Origin: Acidobacteriota bacterium
Lineage (GTDB): Bacteria; Acidobacteriota; Vicinamibacteria; Vicinamibacterales; UBA2999
Length of the DNA: 39,654 bases
Direction of reading: 5' to 3'
Assembly: GCA_021731095.1 (NCBI GenBank)
Contig: JAKFYA010000251.1
Span: forward strand, 1-39,654
Shown here: positions 1 through 8,181 of the stretch, piece after piece
Numbering within the stretch: position 1 is the first letter of the stretch
Layout: every line of letters starts with the position of its first letter
The notes under the pieces: model-generated
Databases searched by the model: none
What the model was told of the DNA's origin: nothing
What the model saw: the letters and a program-made list of their open reading frames with translations, nothing else
Position numbers and translations under genes: made by a program

Positions 1-1701
1 GGCCATCTGCACCTCATCGAAGTCACCGAAGGCCGCGCTCTCCGCATCCACCACATGCACGCCGCGGTCGCCGCTGCGGGGCGAAAACGTCTGACCCGAG
101 ATCCACTCGCGCACCTGGAAGGCCACCTCGGTCAGCGAGACGGGCGTGGCGTCGTGACCCGCGGCTGCCTCCTGCATGGCCGCGAGCCCCGCATGAATGG
201 CGGCACGCGCCCTGAGATGGCGGCCTCCCAGCGGGTCGTCCTGGTGTGGCACCCGGTCATGCGCAAGGAGGAACGCCAGCAGGGCGTCCAGATGCGTGGC
301 AGCCGGATGTGTGCCGGCCAGCGGCGCCAGCAGGCGCACCACCTGCAGCGCCACTACGCCGGCTCGCTCGGCCAGTCGCGCGCTCTCGTCAGCCGACCAT
401 GCTCCCACCAGGTCTGCCAGCGCCGACTCGCCTCCCAGGAAGCCCGCCTCGCTCAGCCTGCGGTCCAGCGCGTGGAGCGCGGCTGGCGAGCAGGTCGCGC
501 CGCAGGTAAGGTGCGGTGACCGGAGGACACCCAGCAGCGACGGACGTGCGCCCCCCGAGGCCGCGCAACCCAGTACCAGATCGAGCGTGGCGGCATAGGG
601 CTCGCCCGCGAGCGGCAGGGTGTCGAGCAGCTGACACGGCACGCCGGCCGAACGCAGCACCTCACGCGCGAGATACACATACGGCAGTGGCCGTCGCACC
701 AGCAGGGCGATCCGGTCCAATGGTACGGCCCCCGGTTCGCGCGCCTCTGCCTTGATGCGCCGGGCGAACGCCGCCACTTCTTCCTCCCGGTCTCGGGAGA
801 CCTGCACGAGGGGACCCGTACTGTCCGCCGCTCGCGCAGGCGACGTCGCCACGGTCAGCAGGACCGGAGCACCGGACCCCTCGCCGGCCGGGACACGCAT
901 CTGACTGCAGCCTGGCAGCAGGTCCTGCAGCCGTGCCTCGAGGCCATGGATCAGCGCCGCGTCTGTCGCCACCAGGTCGAGGCGTGCGAGGCCCGGCACA
1001 CGAGCCAGCAGATCGAAGTCGCATGGCCAGAGTCCGTAGGGACTCGACGCGCGGTCTCCTGTGGCAATCACCACATGGCGCCAGGGGCGCTCGACCACGG
1101 TCGCCAGCGTCCGGGCCCTGAGGTGATGCTCGTCCAGTGCGCCGGTTGCCCGACTGGCCTCGTCGAACAGCCGGAAGGCCGCGACCAGGAAGCGCGTCTG
1201 CACGGCCAGACGGGCGGCGCCGCGATCGATATCCACATTCGGTTCGAGCGCGTCAAGCGTCAGCCGCTCGAACGCCTCGATGCTGCGCATGTGGCGCTGG
1301 AGTTCGTCGTAGAACGTCAGAATCTCTGAAATGAGACCGGGCCTGAGCCTGAACGGTGGCACGAGTCCCTCCGCGACCACACGACGGCAGGCCGCGCCCA
1401 TCATGGCCGCACGCTCGACGGCCGACAGCAACCGCGGTAGTCCTGGCATGCGGGTGCCGAGCCGGGGGCCCAGATCTTCGCGGGTCACCAGGTCCGGCAG
1501 CACGCAGGCTGACGCGGACGCCTCAAGGCCCCGCGCCTCGATGGCACGGCGCAGATGGAGCGCAGCCGCGCGGGTCGGCACCACGATCAGCCGGTCGCGG
1601 GCGTCCAGTGGCGACCCTTCGCTGGCCAGCCCCACCAGTGTCTGACGGAAATGACGCAGGCCGGTGACGCGGAGCAGTGTTGTGCGACGTGGTGTCGTCA
1701 C
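1..1701 (-). CDS. AddB-like PD-(D/E)XK nuclease / double-strand-break repair subunit B homologue; N-terminal 567 codons only, 3' end leaves the window
   Basis: Absent from the ORF track because no stop lies in the window. My own reverse-strand translation from GTG (complement of 1699-1701) stays open to position 1. It reads TTPRRTTLLRVTGLRHFRQTLVGLASEGSPLDARDRLIVVPTRAAALHLRRAIE...GVHVVDAESAAFGDFDEVQMA, which resembles the N-terminal half of AddB-type proteins. The GTG overlaps the upstream stop (GTGA). Confidence 0.55.
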   Translation of the reverse strand, partial: MTTPRRTTLLRVTGLRHFRQTLVGLASEGSPLDARDRLIVVPTRAAALHLRRAIEARGLEASASACVLPDLVTREDLGPRLGTRMPGLPRLLSAVERAAMMGAACRRVVAEGLVPPFRLRPGLISEILTFYDELQRHMRSIEAFERLTLDALEPNVDIDRGAARLAVQTRFLVAAFRLFDEASRATGALDEHHLRARTLATVVERPWRHVVIATGDRASSPYGLWPCDFDLLARVPGLARLDLVATDAALIHGLEARLQDLLPGCSQMRVPAGEGSGAPVLLTVATSPARAADSTGPLVQVSRDREEEVAAFARRIKAEAREPGAVPLDRIALLVRRPLPYVYLAREVLRSAGVPCQLLDTLPLAGEPYAATLDLVLGCAASGGARPSLLGVLRSPHLTCGATCSPAALHALDRRLSEAGFLGGESALADLVGAWSADESARLAERAGVVALQVVRLLAPLAGTHPAATHLDALLAFLLAHDRVPHQDDPLGGRHLRARAAIHAGLAAMQEAAAGHDATPVSLTEVAFQVREWISGQTFSPRSGDRGVHVVDAESAAFGDFDEVQMA

Positions 1702-3071
1702 GGAAGGACCGGCGGTGCCACAAAGCTGGCCAGGCCGCGTTGCGCATCTGCCAGCATCATCAGCGCGGCGGCCGCGGCCGACGAGGCGTCCCTGGCCAGC
1801 GGCACACTGGCGGAGGACACCGCGGAACGGCGTGAGGCCAGCGCCTGTTCCGCAAAGCGCCAGGCTCCGACCAGCCGCGCATGCACGTCAGCCAGGTCGC
1901 CTGGTGTCACCTGACGCTGCAACACCTCGGCACCACCGGCCAGACGGTTTGCCAGCTTGTCCAGTGTGGCCGGCTCGGGGCCGTCAAGCCGCCGGATCGA
2001 CTCCAGCGCCGGCTGCGCACGCACCAGTTGCAGCAGGGGCGGACCCACCGCACGCTGATAGGCACGGTAGAGGCCGCGGCGCATGGTCCACTGATCTCGT
2101 CGCAGGCGGAGGCGCTGCGCCGCGTCGAGATGCTGAAGCAAGGCTGCCCGCACGGACTCGATCGTTTCTGGCCGACGGTGCCCCAGCCGCGCATCCACTT
2201 TCGACAGCCGGGCCAGCTGGGACTCGATGTCCCGCACGCTCGCCTCGGCCGCCGCCACGCGGGCCCGCGTCAGCGCCTTGCCTGCCGCGCGCGCGTAGTC
2301 CGCGTCGACCGCCTGCTCTGTCCGCACTTCTTTCAGGACCGACGACGACAGCCGCGACACCTCGCGCTTCGGCCAGGACGCGCGCGCCTCCTGCATCAGC
2401 ACCAGCGCGGCCTGAAGCAACGCCATCCGCTCATCGCGCCGCTCGACGAGATCAGCGGCTCGCAGAATGCCGGCGAGCATTTCCGGGGGACGCGGCATGC
2501 CGAGCACCGGTTCGAGCGGCACGTCCTGCACCTGCGCCGTCAATGCCAGGTCAAAGGCACCGACGCCAGCCTTCACACGCAGGTCGGCAATGACATCGTC
2601 GAGGAGCGCCAGCGTTTCATCAATCTCTTTGCGCCGGAACCCGTAGTGCGCGGCTGGCCAGGCCGCCAGCATGGCTCTCGCCTGCAGGGCTCTGGTCAGG
2701 GCCTGGCCCGGCTGGGTGCTCGCGGCAATGTCGTTGAGGACGCGTGCGGCCGCAGTGGTGACCGCATCGAAGTCAGCTTCGCCGCGCGTGGCCGCATATC
2801 GCTGATACCTGGCGGAGGCTGCGTAGCGGTCCGTCCGTGGCCAGTCGAATCGGGATTGAGGAATCGCCACCAGCTGCAGGCGCGGCTGGTCATCCGTTCC
2901 TCCTACGGGCATGGAGAAGACGACGAGGTCGGCCGAGCGGGCAAATTCGCCGAAGCTCACCAGCGTCGCACCGTCAGGCAGGAACAGGCGCAGGAGGGTG
3001 GCCTCGCTCGCGCAGGCGGGACGCGCAAACACCAGCAGCACGGCGAGCACACACAGTCTGGACACGCGCAT
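1698..3071 (-). CDS. hypothetical secreted Ala/Arg/Leu-rich helical protein (457 aa)
   Basis: Long ORF with an N-terminal signal-like sequence (MRVSRLCVLAVLLVFARPACASE). No motif I recognise. A 4-nt overlap couples it to the downstream AddB-like gene. Confidence 0.6.
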   Translation of the reverse strand: MRVSRLCVLAVLLVFARPACASEATLLRLFLPDGATLVSFGEFARSADLVVFSMPVGGTDDQPRLQLVAIPQSRFDWPRTDRYAASARYQRYAATRGEADFDAVTTAAARVLNDIAASTQPGQALTRALQARAMLAAWPAAHYGFRRKEIDETLALLDDVIADLRVKAGVGAFDLALTAQVQDVPLEPVLGMPRPPEMLAGILRAADLVERRDERMALLQAALVLMQEARASWPKREVSRLSSSVLKEVRTEQAVDADYARAAGKALTRARVAAAEASVRDIESQLARLSKVDARLGHRRPETIESVRAALLQHLDAAQRLRLRRDQWTMRRGLYRAYQRAVGPPLLQLVRAQPALESIRRLDGPEPATLDKLANRLAGGAEVLQRQVTPGDLADVHARLVGAWRFAEQALASRRSAVSSASVPLARDASSAAAAALMMLADAQRGLASFVAPPVLP

Positions 3072-3136
3072 CGGTGAGGTCGCGCCATTGTACAGCCCGG
3101 CCGATCAGCGCCTTTCGGACCCTTTGCCGACGATGG

Positions 3137-3183
3137 TGTGGAAATCCTGTTGATGAATCGCGGAAAAGCTGTGGAGATCCTGT
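3137..3183. repeat. two copies of a 14-nt direct repeat (TGTGGAAATCCTGT / TGTGGAGATCCTGT), start-to-start spacing 33 bp
   Basis: Read directly at 3137-3150 and 3170-3183, 13 of 14 identical. Lies in the divergent intergenic region 3072-3267. Confidence 0.6.
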
Positions 3184-3202
3184 CAGCGAAAAATAAAGCA
3201 TG

Positions 3203-3232
3203 CGCGTGATCGCGCCAGATCATCGCGTGATC
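3203..3232. repeat. two exact copies of CGCGTGATC, start-to-start spacing 21 bp, with three GATC sites
   Basis: Read directly at 3203-3211 and 3224-3232. The second copy is embedded in the palindrome GTGATCAC. Confidence 0.6.
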
Positions 3233-3267
3233 ACCGCTGTGGAGTCGGCCTTCGCGCCGCGCTTCGC

Positions 3268-3561
3268 TTGATCGTCCGGGCAGGGCGGCTGAGAATCGTC
3301 CTCCGTTCCCCAATTCCACTCGCGACCCCGGACCCCAACGACGTGCCCGTGCATCACTTCGACGAAACGATAGGCGGCCGTGACTTTCACATTGAAGTCA
3401 CGCCCGTGAGCAACCGCTGGCGCGCGCAACTGCGACGCAGGCCAGGCCTTCCGACAGCCATGATGCCGTTCTATGGGCAGACGCCCGACGAAGCCGCTCA
3501 TCAGCTCACCAACTGGCTGATGCTTGCGTACGGGCAGTCACAGACCGTCGCGGAGAAGTAG
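3268..3561 (+). CDS. small hypothetical protein (up to 97 aa; start uncertain, TTG at 3268 or an internal GTG)
   Basis: ORF with GC-rich third positions (VPVHHFDETIGGRDFHIEVTPVSNRWRAQLRRRPGLP...). No recognisable domain. A competing reverse ORF (3220-3501) looks less protein-like. Confidence 0.4.
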   Translation: MIVRAGRLRIVLRSPIPLATPDPNDVPVHHFDETIGGRDFHIEVTPVSNRWRAQLRRRPGLPTAMMPFYGQTPDEAAHQLTNWLMLAYGQSQTVAEK

Positions 3562-3641
3562 GACAGACGCCCGCTCGAGGAAGAAAAGCACGAGGACGGC
3601 TGGCCGGGACGGCCGCCTCGTGCTACGATTGCCGGATACGT

Positions 3642-3717
3642 GGGCCTGTAGCGCAGCTGGGAGCGCGCCTGAATGGCATTCAGGAGGTCACCGGTTCGAT
3701 CCCGGTCAGGTCCACCA
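3642..3717 (+). tRNA. tRNA-Ala (anticodon GGC), CCA encoded
   Basis: A 76-nt cloverleaf folded by hand:
- acceptor stem GGGCCTG/CAGGTCC with the Ala-identity G3:U70 pair;
- D arm GCGC-AGCTGGGA-GCGC;
- anticodon stem CCTGA/TCAGG with loop ATGGCAT;
- T arm ACCGG-TTCGATC-CCGGT;
- 3' ACCA. Confidence 0.95.
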
Positions 3718-3931
3718 ACTTTTCCCTCCCCCGCTTCTCTTCTCCTCCATCTCCTGCACGTCCGGCGGCCAGCATGGCGCGGCACACGGCTGCCGTGGGC
3801 AGCGGCATGTGTCACGGAGCGTCACAACACATCGGCTTTCACGATGGATCGCAGAGCAATTTTGTAGTTTCCCTCTGCTGGTGCACCGGCTACCTTCGTG
3901 TCACCTCGAGTACCGATCCTCAGGAGACCCG

Positions 3932-4603
3932 ATGCCAGCAGAGACCGCGTTCTTCCCTCGCACGCCCACCCCGCGCCACGCCCTCGACCTTCTGCTCGAG
4001 GGCAACCGTCGCTTCGTGGACAACGTCCAGACCAACTGGAGCCTCCGTGACCAGGTGGGCGATACCACCGAAGCCCCGTTTCCGTTTGCGACCGTGCTCA
4101 GCTGCAGCGACTCGCGCCTGCCGGCGGAGTATGTCTTCAATCAGGTGCGCGGAGAGATCTTCAGCGTGCGCGTGGCAGGCGCCGTCATGAACGAGGACGT
4201 GCTGGGCAGTCTGGAGTACGCCTGTCAGGTGGGCGGGTCCCGGCTGATCGTGGTGTTGGGCAACACGCGCTGTGACGTGGTCAGGACGGCCTGCTCCCGC
4301 GGCACCATGGGAGATCTTGCAGGCGTGCTTGCCAGGATCCAGCCGGCCATTGACGCCGTGGCGAACGCGCTCGACAGGGCCATCACACCTGAGGCTTTCG
4401 TGGAACGAGTGGCCCGTGAACACACGCGGCGCCAGTTGCGGACCATTCTCGAGCGCAGCCCAATCCTGGCGCGCCTCCATGCAGAGGGCCGCATCGGTCT
4501 GGTCGCGGCGATGTATTCCGTGGAGTCCGGCGAGGTCACCCTCTTCGAGGAACACTTCACGGACCTGGCCGTAGCACCGACCGAGTCTCTGGTCGTCGCC
4601 TGA
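3932..4603 (+). CDS. beta-class carbonic anhydrase family protein, divergent metal site (223 aa)
   Basis: The CSDSR motif is present (C58, D60, R62) and the C-terminal ...GLVAAMYSVESGEV... is typical of beta-CA. The second ligand motif reads GNTRCD instead of GHxxCG. AGGAG lies 5 nt upstream of ATG 3932. The longer track ORF from 3524 runs through the tRNA gene and is rejected. Confidence 0.8.
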   Translation: MPAETAFFPRTPTPRHALDLLLEGNRRFVDNVQTNWSLRDQVGDTTEAPFPFATVLSCSDSRLPAEYVFNQVRGEIFSVRVAGAVMNEDVLGSLEYACQVGGSRLIVVLGNTRCDVVRTACSRGTMGDLAGVLARIQPAIDAVANALDRAITPEAFVERVAREHTRRQLRTILERSPILARLHAEGRIGLVAAMYSVESGEVTLFEEHFTDLAVAPTESLVVA

Positions 4604-6817
4604 TCAGGGAACGGGGCTGACCGCCTTGCCATCGAGCAGGGCCGCTGCCACCGCCAGATCAGACGTTGGGAGCCGACACACGTAGTTCTCGCAGACGTAG
4701 ATCGCGGCGCGACCGGCCAGCGGGTGCATTCCTTCGAGCGTTGGCAACCATCCTGAGAGCTGCTTCTGCCACGCGCCGCCATCGGCCAGCAGCAGAATCT
4801 TGCCAGGCATGAAGCGGGCGTGGACCAACTTCAGCAGCGCCCGGGTGTCCGCCGCTCCAGGTCGACCGGCGATCACGATCTGGCGGGGCTTGGAGAGACT
4901 GAAGTCGAGCGCCACGGCCAGCTGCGGCAATCCGGTCAGCGAGGGACGTCCGGCAAGGGCGCCGAACAGGCGGTCGGCGCGGTCGCGCCACGCGCGCCGA
5001 TCCGTCAGCTGCCACAGGCGAAGCAGGTTCATGGATGACACGGAATTGGCCGAGGGCTCCGGACCGTCATAGTCGTCCTTGAAGCGCGCGACCAGATCCG
5101 GGGCATCAGCCGTGGTCGAAAAATACCCCCCCGCCTTCGCATCCAGGAACAGGCGGTCCTGTTCGGTCTGCAGCCTGATGGCCCAGGCAATCCAGCGCGG
5201 GTCGAACGACGCTTCATAGAGGTCCAGCAGGCCCTGTATCAGGAACGCGTAGTCCTCCAGCACACCATCAATCTCGGCGCGTCCAGCGCGGAACCGACGG
5301 GTCAATCGTCCGGTCTTCGGGTTGTAGAGCGTGGACTCGATGAACCGTGCCACGTCGCGGGCCGCCGTCAGATACCGCGGCTCGTCAAACACCTGAGCAG
5401 CCCTGGCGAGGGCCGACATCATCATGCCGTTCCACGACACCAGCACCTTGTCGTCCAAGGCTGGCCTCGGCCGCGCGGCCCGTGCCTCCCGCAAAGCCAC
5501 CCGACCGCGCGCCAGACGGGTCTGCACCTCGCGCGGCGTCAGCCGGAAGTGCGCGGCGGTCTCGGCAACGGAATGCCTGAGGTGCAGCACATTGCCACCA
5601 GCCAGGTGCCCTTCAATGTCGAATGCCGCCGGCACATTGCCGTCTGGCCGGATGTCATAGACATAGGTCACCACCTCGGCAACACCCGGCTCGAGCCGCG
5701 CCCGCACCTCGCGGTCGGTCCAGAGGTAGAACGCGCCTTCCTTCCGACGCGCCGCTGCCCCGTCAACGGGGGGCGCGAGACTGTCGGCATCCTCGGCCGA
5801 GAAGAACCCCCCTTCGGGGCTGCGCATGTCCCGCAGGGTGTAGTCGAGCGTCTCGCGCGCGACCTCTCGCAGCAGCGGTTCCTTCGTGACCTGATAGGCA
5901 TCCACGTACGCCACGGCCAGTTGCGCCTGGTCGTAGAGCATCTTCTCGAAGTGGGGCACATGCCAGTCGGCATCGGTGGTGTAGCGGTGGAAACCACCGC
6001 CGATGTGGTCGCGGATGCCGCCATGTGCCATCGCCCGCAGCGTCCCCACCGTCGCAGCCAGCGCAGGCCTCGCGCCGGTGCGCGCATGGTGGCGGAGCAG
6101 GAAATTCAACACGACCGGTCTTGGAAACTTCGGCGCCCCGCCGAACCCGCCGTGCGTCGCGTCGTAGGAGGAGCGCAGTGCGGCATACGTGGCCTCCAGC
6201 ACCTTCACCCCGGCGGGCGCAGACGCCTTGCCTCCGGCCTGTGACATGGCCGCAATCACCTGCGACCCGCTCTTCGCCGCCTCCAGTACGTTCGCGCGGT
6301 CGGTGGCCCACATCTGGCTCAGCCCCTCAAGCGTCCGCCGGAACCCCACCTGCCCGCCCCGGTCTTCGGGTGGCAGGTAGGTGGCGCCGAAGAAGGGCTG
6401 GAGGTCCGGCGTCAGGAACACCGAAGCTGGCCACCCGCCACCAGCGACGGACTGGATGTAGGCCATATAGACACGGTCGATGTCCGGGCGCTCTTCGCGA
6501 TCGACCTTGATCGACACGAAGTCGCGATTCATCAACGCGGCAATCGCCGGGTTGGAGAACGACTCGTCGCGCATGACGTGACACCAGTGACAGGTGGAAT
6601 AGCCGATGGAGAGGAAGATCGGCTTGCCTTCGCGGCGCGCCTTGTCGAACGCCTCGGGGCCCCACGGGTACCAGTCCACCGGGTCGCCGGCGTGCAGCAA
6701 CAGGTAGGGACTGGTCTGGGTGGCGAGCCGGTTCCGGTGAGGCGCCTGCGCGGACGGTCGCCCCGTGGCATCGACGCTCAGGGCCACCACGAGCAGGAGT
6801 AGCCAGACACGCCGCAT
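4604..6817 (-). CDS. thioredoxin-domain protein, YyaL/DUF255 family (N-terminal Trx-like domain plus alpha/alpha-toroid domain), with signal peptide
   Basis: Diagnostic N-terminus: [49 protein letters not shown]. Signal-like start [17 protein letters not shown]. 737 aa. Confidence 0.9.
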   Translation of the reverse strand: MRRVWLLLLVVALSVDATGRPSAQAPHRNRLATQTSPYLLLHAGDPVDWYPWGPEAFDKARREGKPIFLSIGYSTCHWCHVMRDESFSNPAIAALMNRDFVSIKVDREERPDIDRVYMAYIQSVAGGGWPASVFLTPDLQPFFGATYLPPEDRGGQVGFRRTLEGLSQMWATDRANVLEAAKSGSQVIAAMSQAGGKASAPAGVKVLEATYAALRSSYDATHGGFGGAPKFPRPVVLNFLLRHHARTGARPALAATVGTLRAMAHGGIRDHIGGGFHRYTTDADWHVPHFEKMLYDQAQLAVAYVDAYQVTKEPLLREVARETLDYTLRDMRSPEGGFFSAEDADSLAPPVDGAAARRKEGAFYLWTDREVRARLEPGVAEVVTYVYDIRPDGNVPAAFDIEGHLAGGNVLHLRHSVAETAAHFRLTPREVQTRLARGRVALREARAARPRPALDDKVLVSWNGMMMSALARAAQVFDEPRYLTAARDVARFIESTLYNPKTGRLTRRFRAGRAEIDGVLEDYAFLIQGLLDLYEASFDPRWIAWAIRLQTEQDRLFLDAKAGGYFSTTADAPDLVARFKDDYDGPEPSANSVSSMNLLRLWQLTDRRAWRDRADRLFGALAGRPSLTGLPQLAVALDFSLSKPRQIVIAGRPGAADTRALLKLVHARFMPGKILLLADGGAWQKQLSGWLPTLEGMHPLAGRAAIYVCENYVCRLPTSDLAVAAALLDGKAVSPVP

Positions 6818-7443
6818 CAGGGCTTGGTCTCTTCCTCGCGCAACACGGCGCGCGCATGGTCGTCCGGCGTATCGACGTCGAGAAACGCCCCGTCATCGTC
6901 CACCGGCACATTCAGCACTCGGTCGGCCAGTCCCCGCACGACGGGCTTGGCACCGGTGCGCAGGTCAGCCGCACGCAGGGCGGGAAAGACCGCTGCGTCG
7001 AATAACACCGGATGCCCGTGCTCCATTCCCCGGGCCGGGCGCACGACGGGCGCGCCGGTCGCCCGGTGCCCGTCCAGCACGGCTCGCACCGTTGCTGCGG
7101 AGAAGAACGGCGCATCAACCAGCGCGAGCAGCATGGCGTCCGCGCCGGTACCGGCCACGTCATCAAGGCCCGTCCAGATGGACGACAGCTGACCGCGGTC
7201 GGGGTCCGCGTTGCGGGCCAGTCGCACGGGCACCCCAGGCGCATCGGACGCCAGCACCGCGCGGATGCTGTCGTGCGCGGTGCCCGTGACGACCGTAATC
7301 GACGCGCAGCCCGCTTCGACGCAGGTGCGAACGATCCGCGCCACGAAGCTGCAGCCCTCACGGTCGGGCAGCAGCGCTTTGGGCGAGCCCATCCTCGTCG
7401 AGTGTCCCGCAGCGAGAATCACGACAGCCACCATGGGCCTCAT
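6817..7443 (-). CDS. MobA/MocA-like nucleotidyltransferase (molybdenum cofactor cytidylyl/guanylyl-transferase family)
   Basis: [22 protein letters not shown] is the N-terminal NTP-transferase signature. ATG at 7443 chosen; the upstream part of the 303-aa track ORF is Arg/Pro-rich junk. A 1-nt TGATG junction links it to the YyaL gene. Confidence 0.8.
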   Translation of the reverse strand: MRPMVAVVILAAGHSTRMGSPKALLPDREGCSFVARIVRTCVEAGCASITVVTGTAHDSIRAVLASDAPGVPVRLARNADPDRGQLSSIWTGLDDVAGTGADAMLLALVDAPFFSAATVRAVLDGHRATGAPVVRPARGMEHGHPVLFDAAVFPALRAADLRTGAKPVVRGLADRVLNVPVDDDGAFLDVDTPDDHARAVLREEETKP

Positions 7444-7511
7444 CGTAGCCCGAGGCACGGAATCAGGACCCGCACGGCAGGGCCACCAGACCGGTGCAGT
7501 ACAATCGCGCC

Positions 7512-7742
7512 ATGAGTGCGGTGGCCCTGCAGATCCGGTGTCAGCGGTGTGGTGACCCGATGGAGATGCGCGATCCGGCCCCGGGCCGGCCGTGGGCCCC
7601 TCAGCAGTTCTGGACCTGCACGCGCTGCGGACGCCACTTCTGGACCACCTACACGACCGATCCCAATGCGCCGCCGGCTCCCAGGCCAGCAACCGCTCCA
7701 GCCACCCCGGCAGCACCGGAACCGCCAATCGCCACGTCCTGA
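7512..7742 (+). CDS. small zinc-ribbon protein with Pro/Ala-rich tail (76 aa)
   Basis: CQRCG...(24 aa)...CTRCG four-Cys ribbon, followed by a PAPRPATAPATPAAPEPP tail. TACAAT at 7500-7505 lies 6 nt before the ATG. Confidence 0.55.
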   Translation: MSAVALQIRCQRCGDPMEMRDPAPGRPWAPQQFWTCTRCGRHFWTTYTTDPNAPPAPRPATAPATPAAPEPPIATS

Positions 7743-7751
7743 GGCCACACC

Positions 7752-7865
7752 ATGTCCATCTACCCCGACGACGAAGACGACGACCTCGACCAGGATCCAG
7801 AGGAGGACGACGATGACGACGAGGGTGACGACGATGGCGAGGTCCCCTGGGAAGTAAACGGTTGA
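7752..7865 (+). CDS. hyper-acidic micro-ORF (37 aa, MSIYPDDEDDDLDQDPEEDDDDDEGDDDGEVPWEVNG)
   Basis: Too short for the ORF track; translated by hand. GAGG lies 7 nt upstream. Same frame as the zinc-ribbon ORF, 9 nt after its TGA. Confidence 0.35.
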   Translation: MSIYPDDEDDDLDQDPEEDDDDDEGDDDGEVPWEVNG

Positions 7866-7891
7866 CTTATATCGGCTGAAATCCCTACACT
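7862..7891 (+). promoter_or_regulatory. candidate sigma70-type promoter for the cold-shock gene (TTGACT-18 nt-TACACT)
   Basis: TTGACT at 7862-7867 and TACACT at 7886-7891. GGAGGA RBS at 7905-7910, ATG at 7918. Confidence 0.45.
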
Positions 7892-7917
7892 TGCGCACTA
7901 ATTCGGAGGACACGGGT

Positions 7918-8124
7918 ATGCCGACTGGCACAATCGCACGGCTCCTCATCGACAAGGGGTTCGGGTTCATTCGCGATGAGGGCGGGCTTGAACACTTCTT
8001 CCATCGCAGTTCCGTTCGCGGCGCAGTGTTTGAACTGCTGCGCGAAGGACAGCGTGTGGATTTCACGCCTGAGGACTCTGCAAAGGGACCGCGCGCAGGC
8101 GACGTTCGACTGATCGAAGGGTAA
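7918..8124 (+). CDS. cold-shock domain protein (CspA family, 68 aa)
   Basis: RNP1-like KGFGFI plus ...FFH... motifs; strong GGAGGA RBS. Confidence 0.9.
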   Translation: MPTGTIARLLIDKGFGFIRDEGGLEHFFHRSSVRGAVFELLREGQRVDFTPEDSAKGPRAGDVRLIEG

Positions 8125-8136
8125 TCGCTCTCCAGG

Positions 8137-8164
8137 CCCGGCCCCGTCACGTGTTGGGGCCGGG
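8137..8164 (+). terminator. GC-rich hairpin after csp (9-bp stem CCCGGCCCC/GGGGCCGGG, 10-nt loop), no U-tract
   Basis: Read directly from the sequence, 13 nt after the csp stop. Confidence 0.4.
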
Positions 8165-8181
8165 GTCATCTCGTACCGCCC

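Noticed and set aside
3642-3931. tRNA-Ala as a possible integration site for a genomic island. A polypyrimidine tract (about 3720-3757) and a 6-bp-stem hairpin (GCAGAG/CTCTGC, 3851-3878) lie downstream.
   Set aside because: There is no integrase, no direct repeat of the tRNA 3' end that I could find, and no compositional shift. The downstream genes are ordinary and the tract is probably just spacer or promoter DNA.
7740-7742. The in-frame TGA between the zinc-ribbon and acidic ORFs as a selenocysteine codon.
   Set aside because: There is no convincing SECIS-like hairpin immediately downstream, no selA/selB/selD in the window, and the context (a Pro/Ala tail) is not a redox motif. It is kept only as a read-through or nonsense possibility in the findings.
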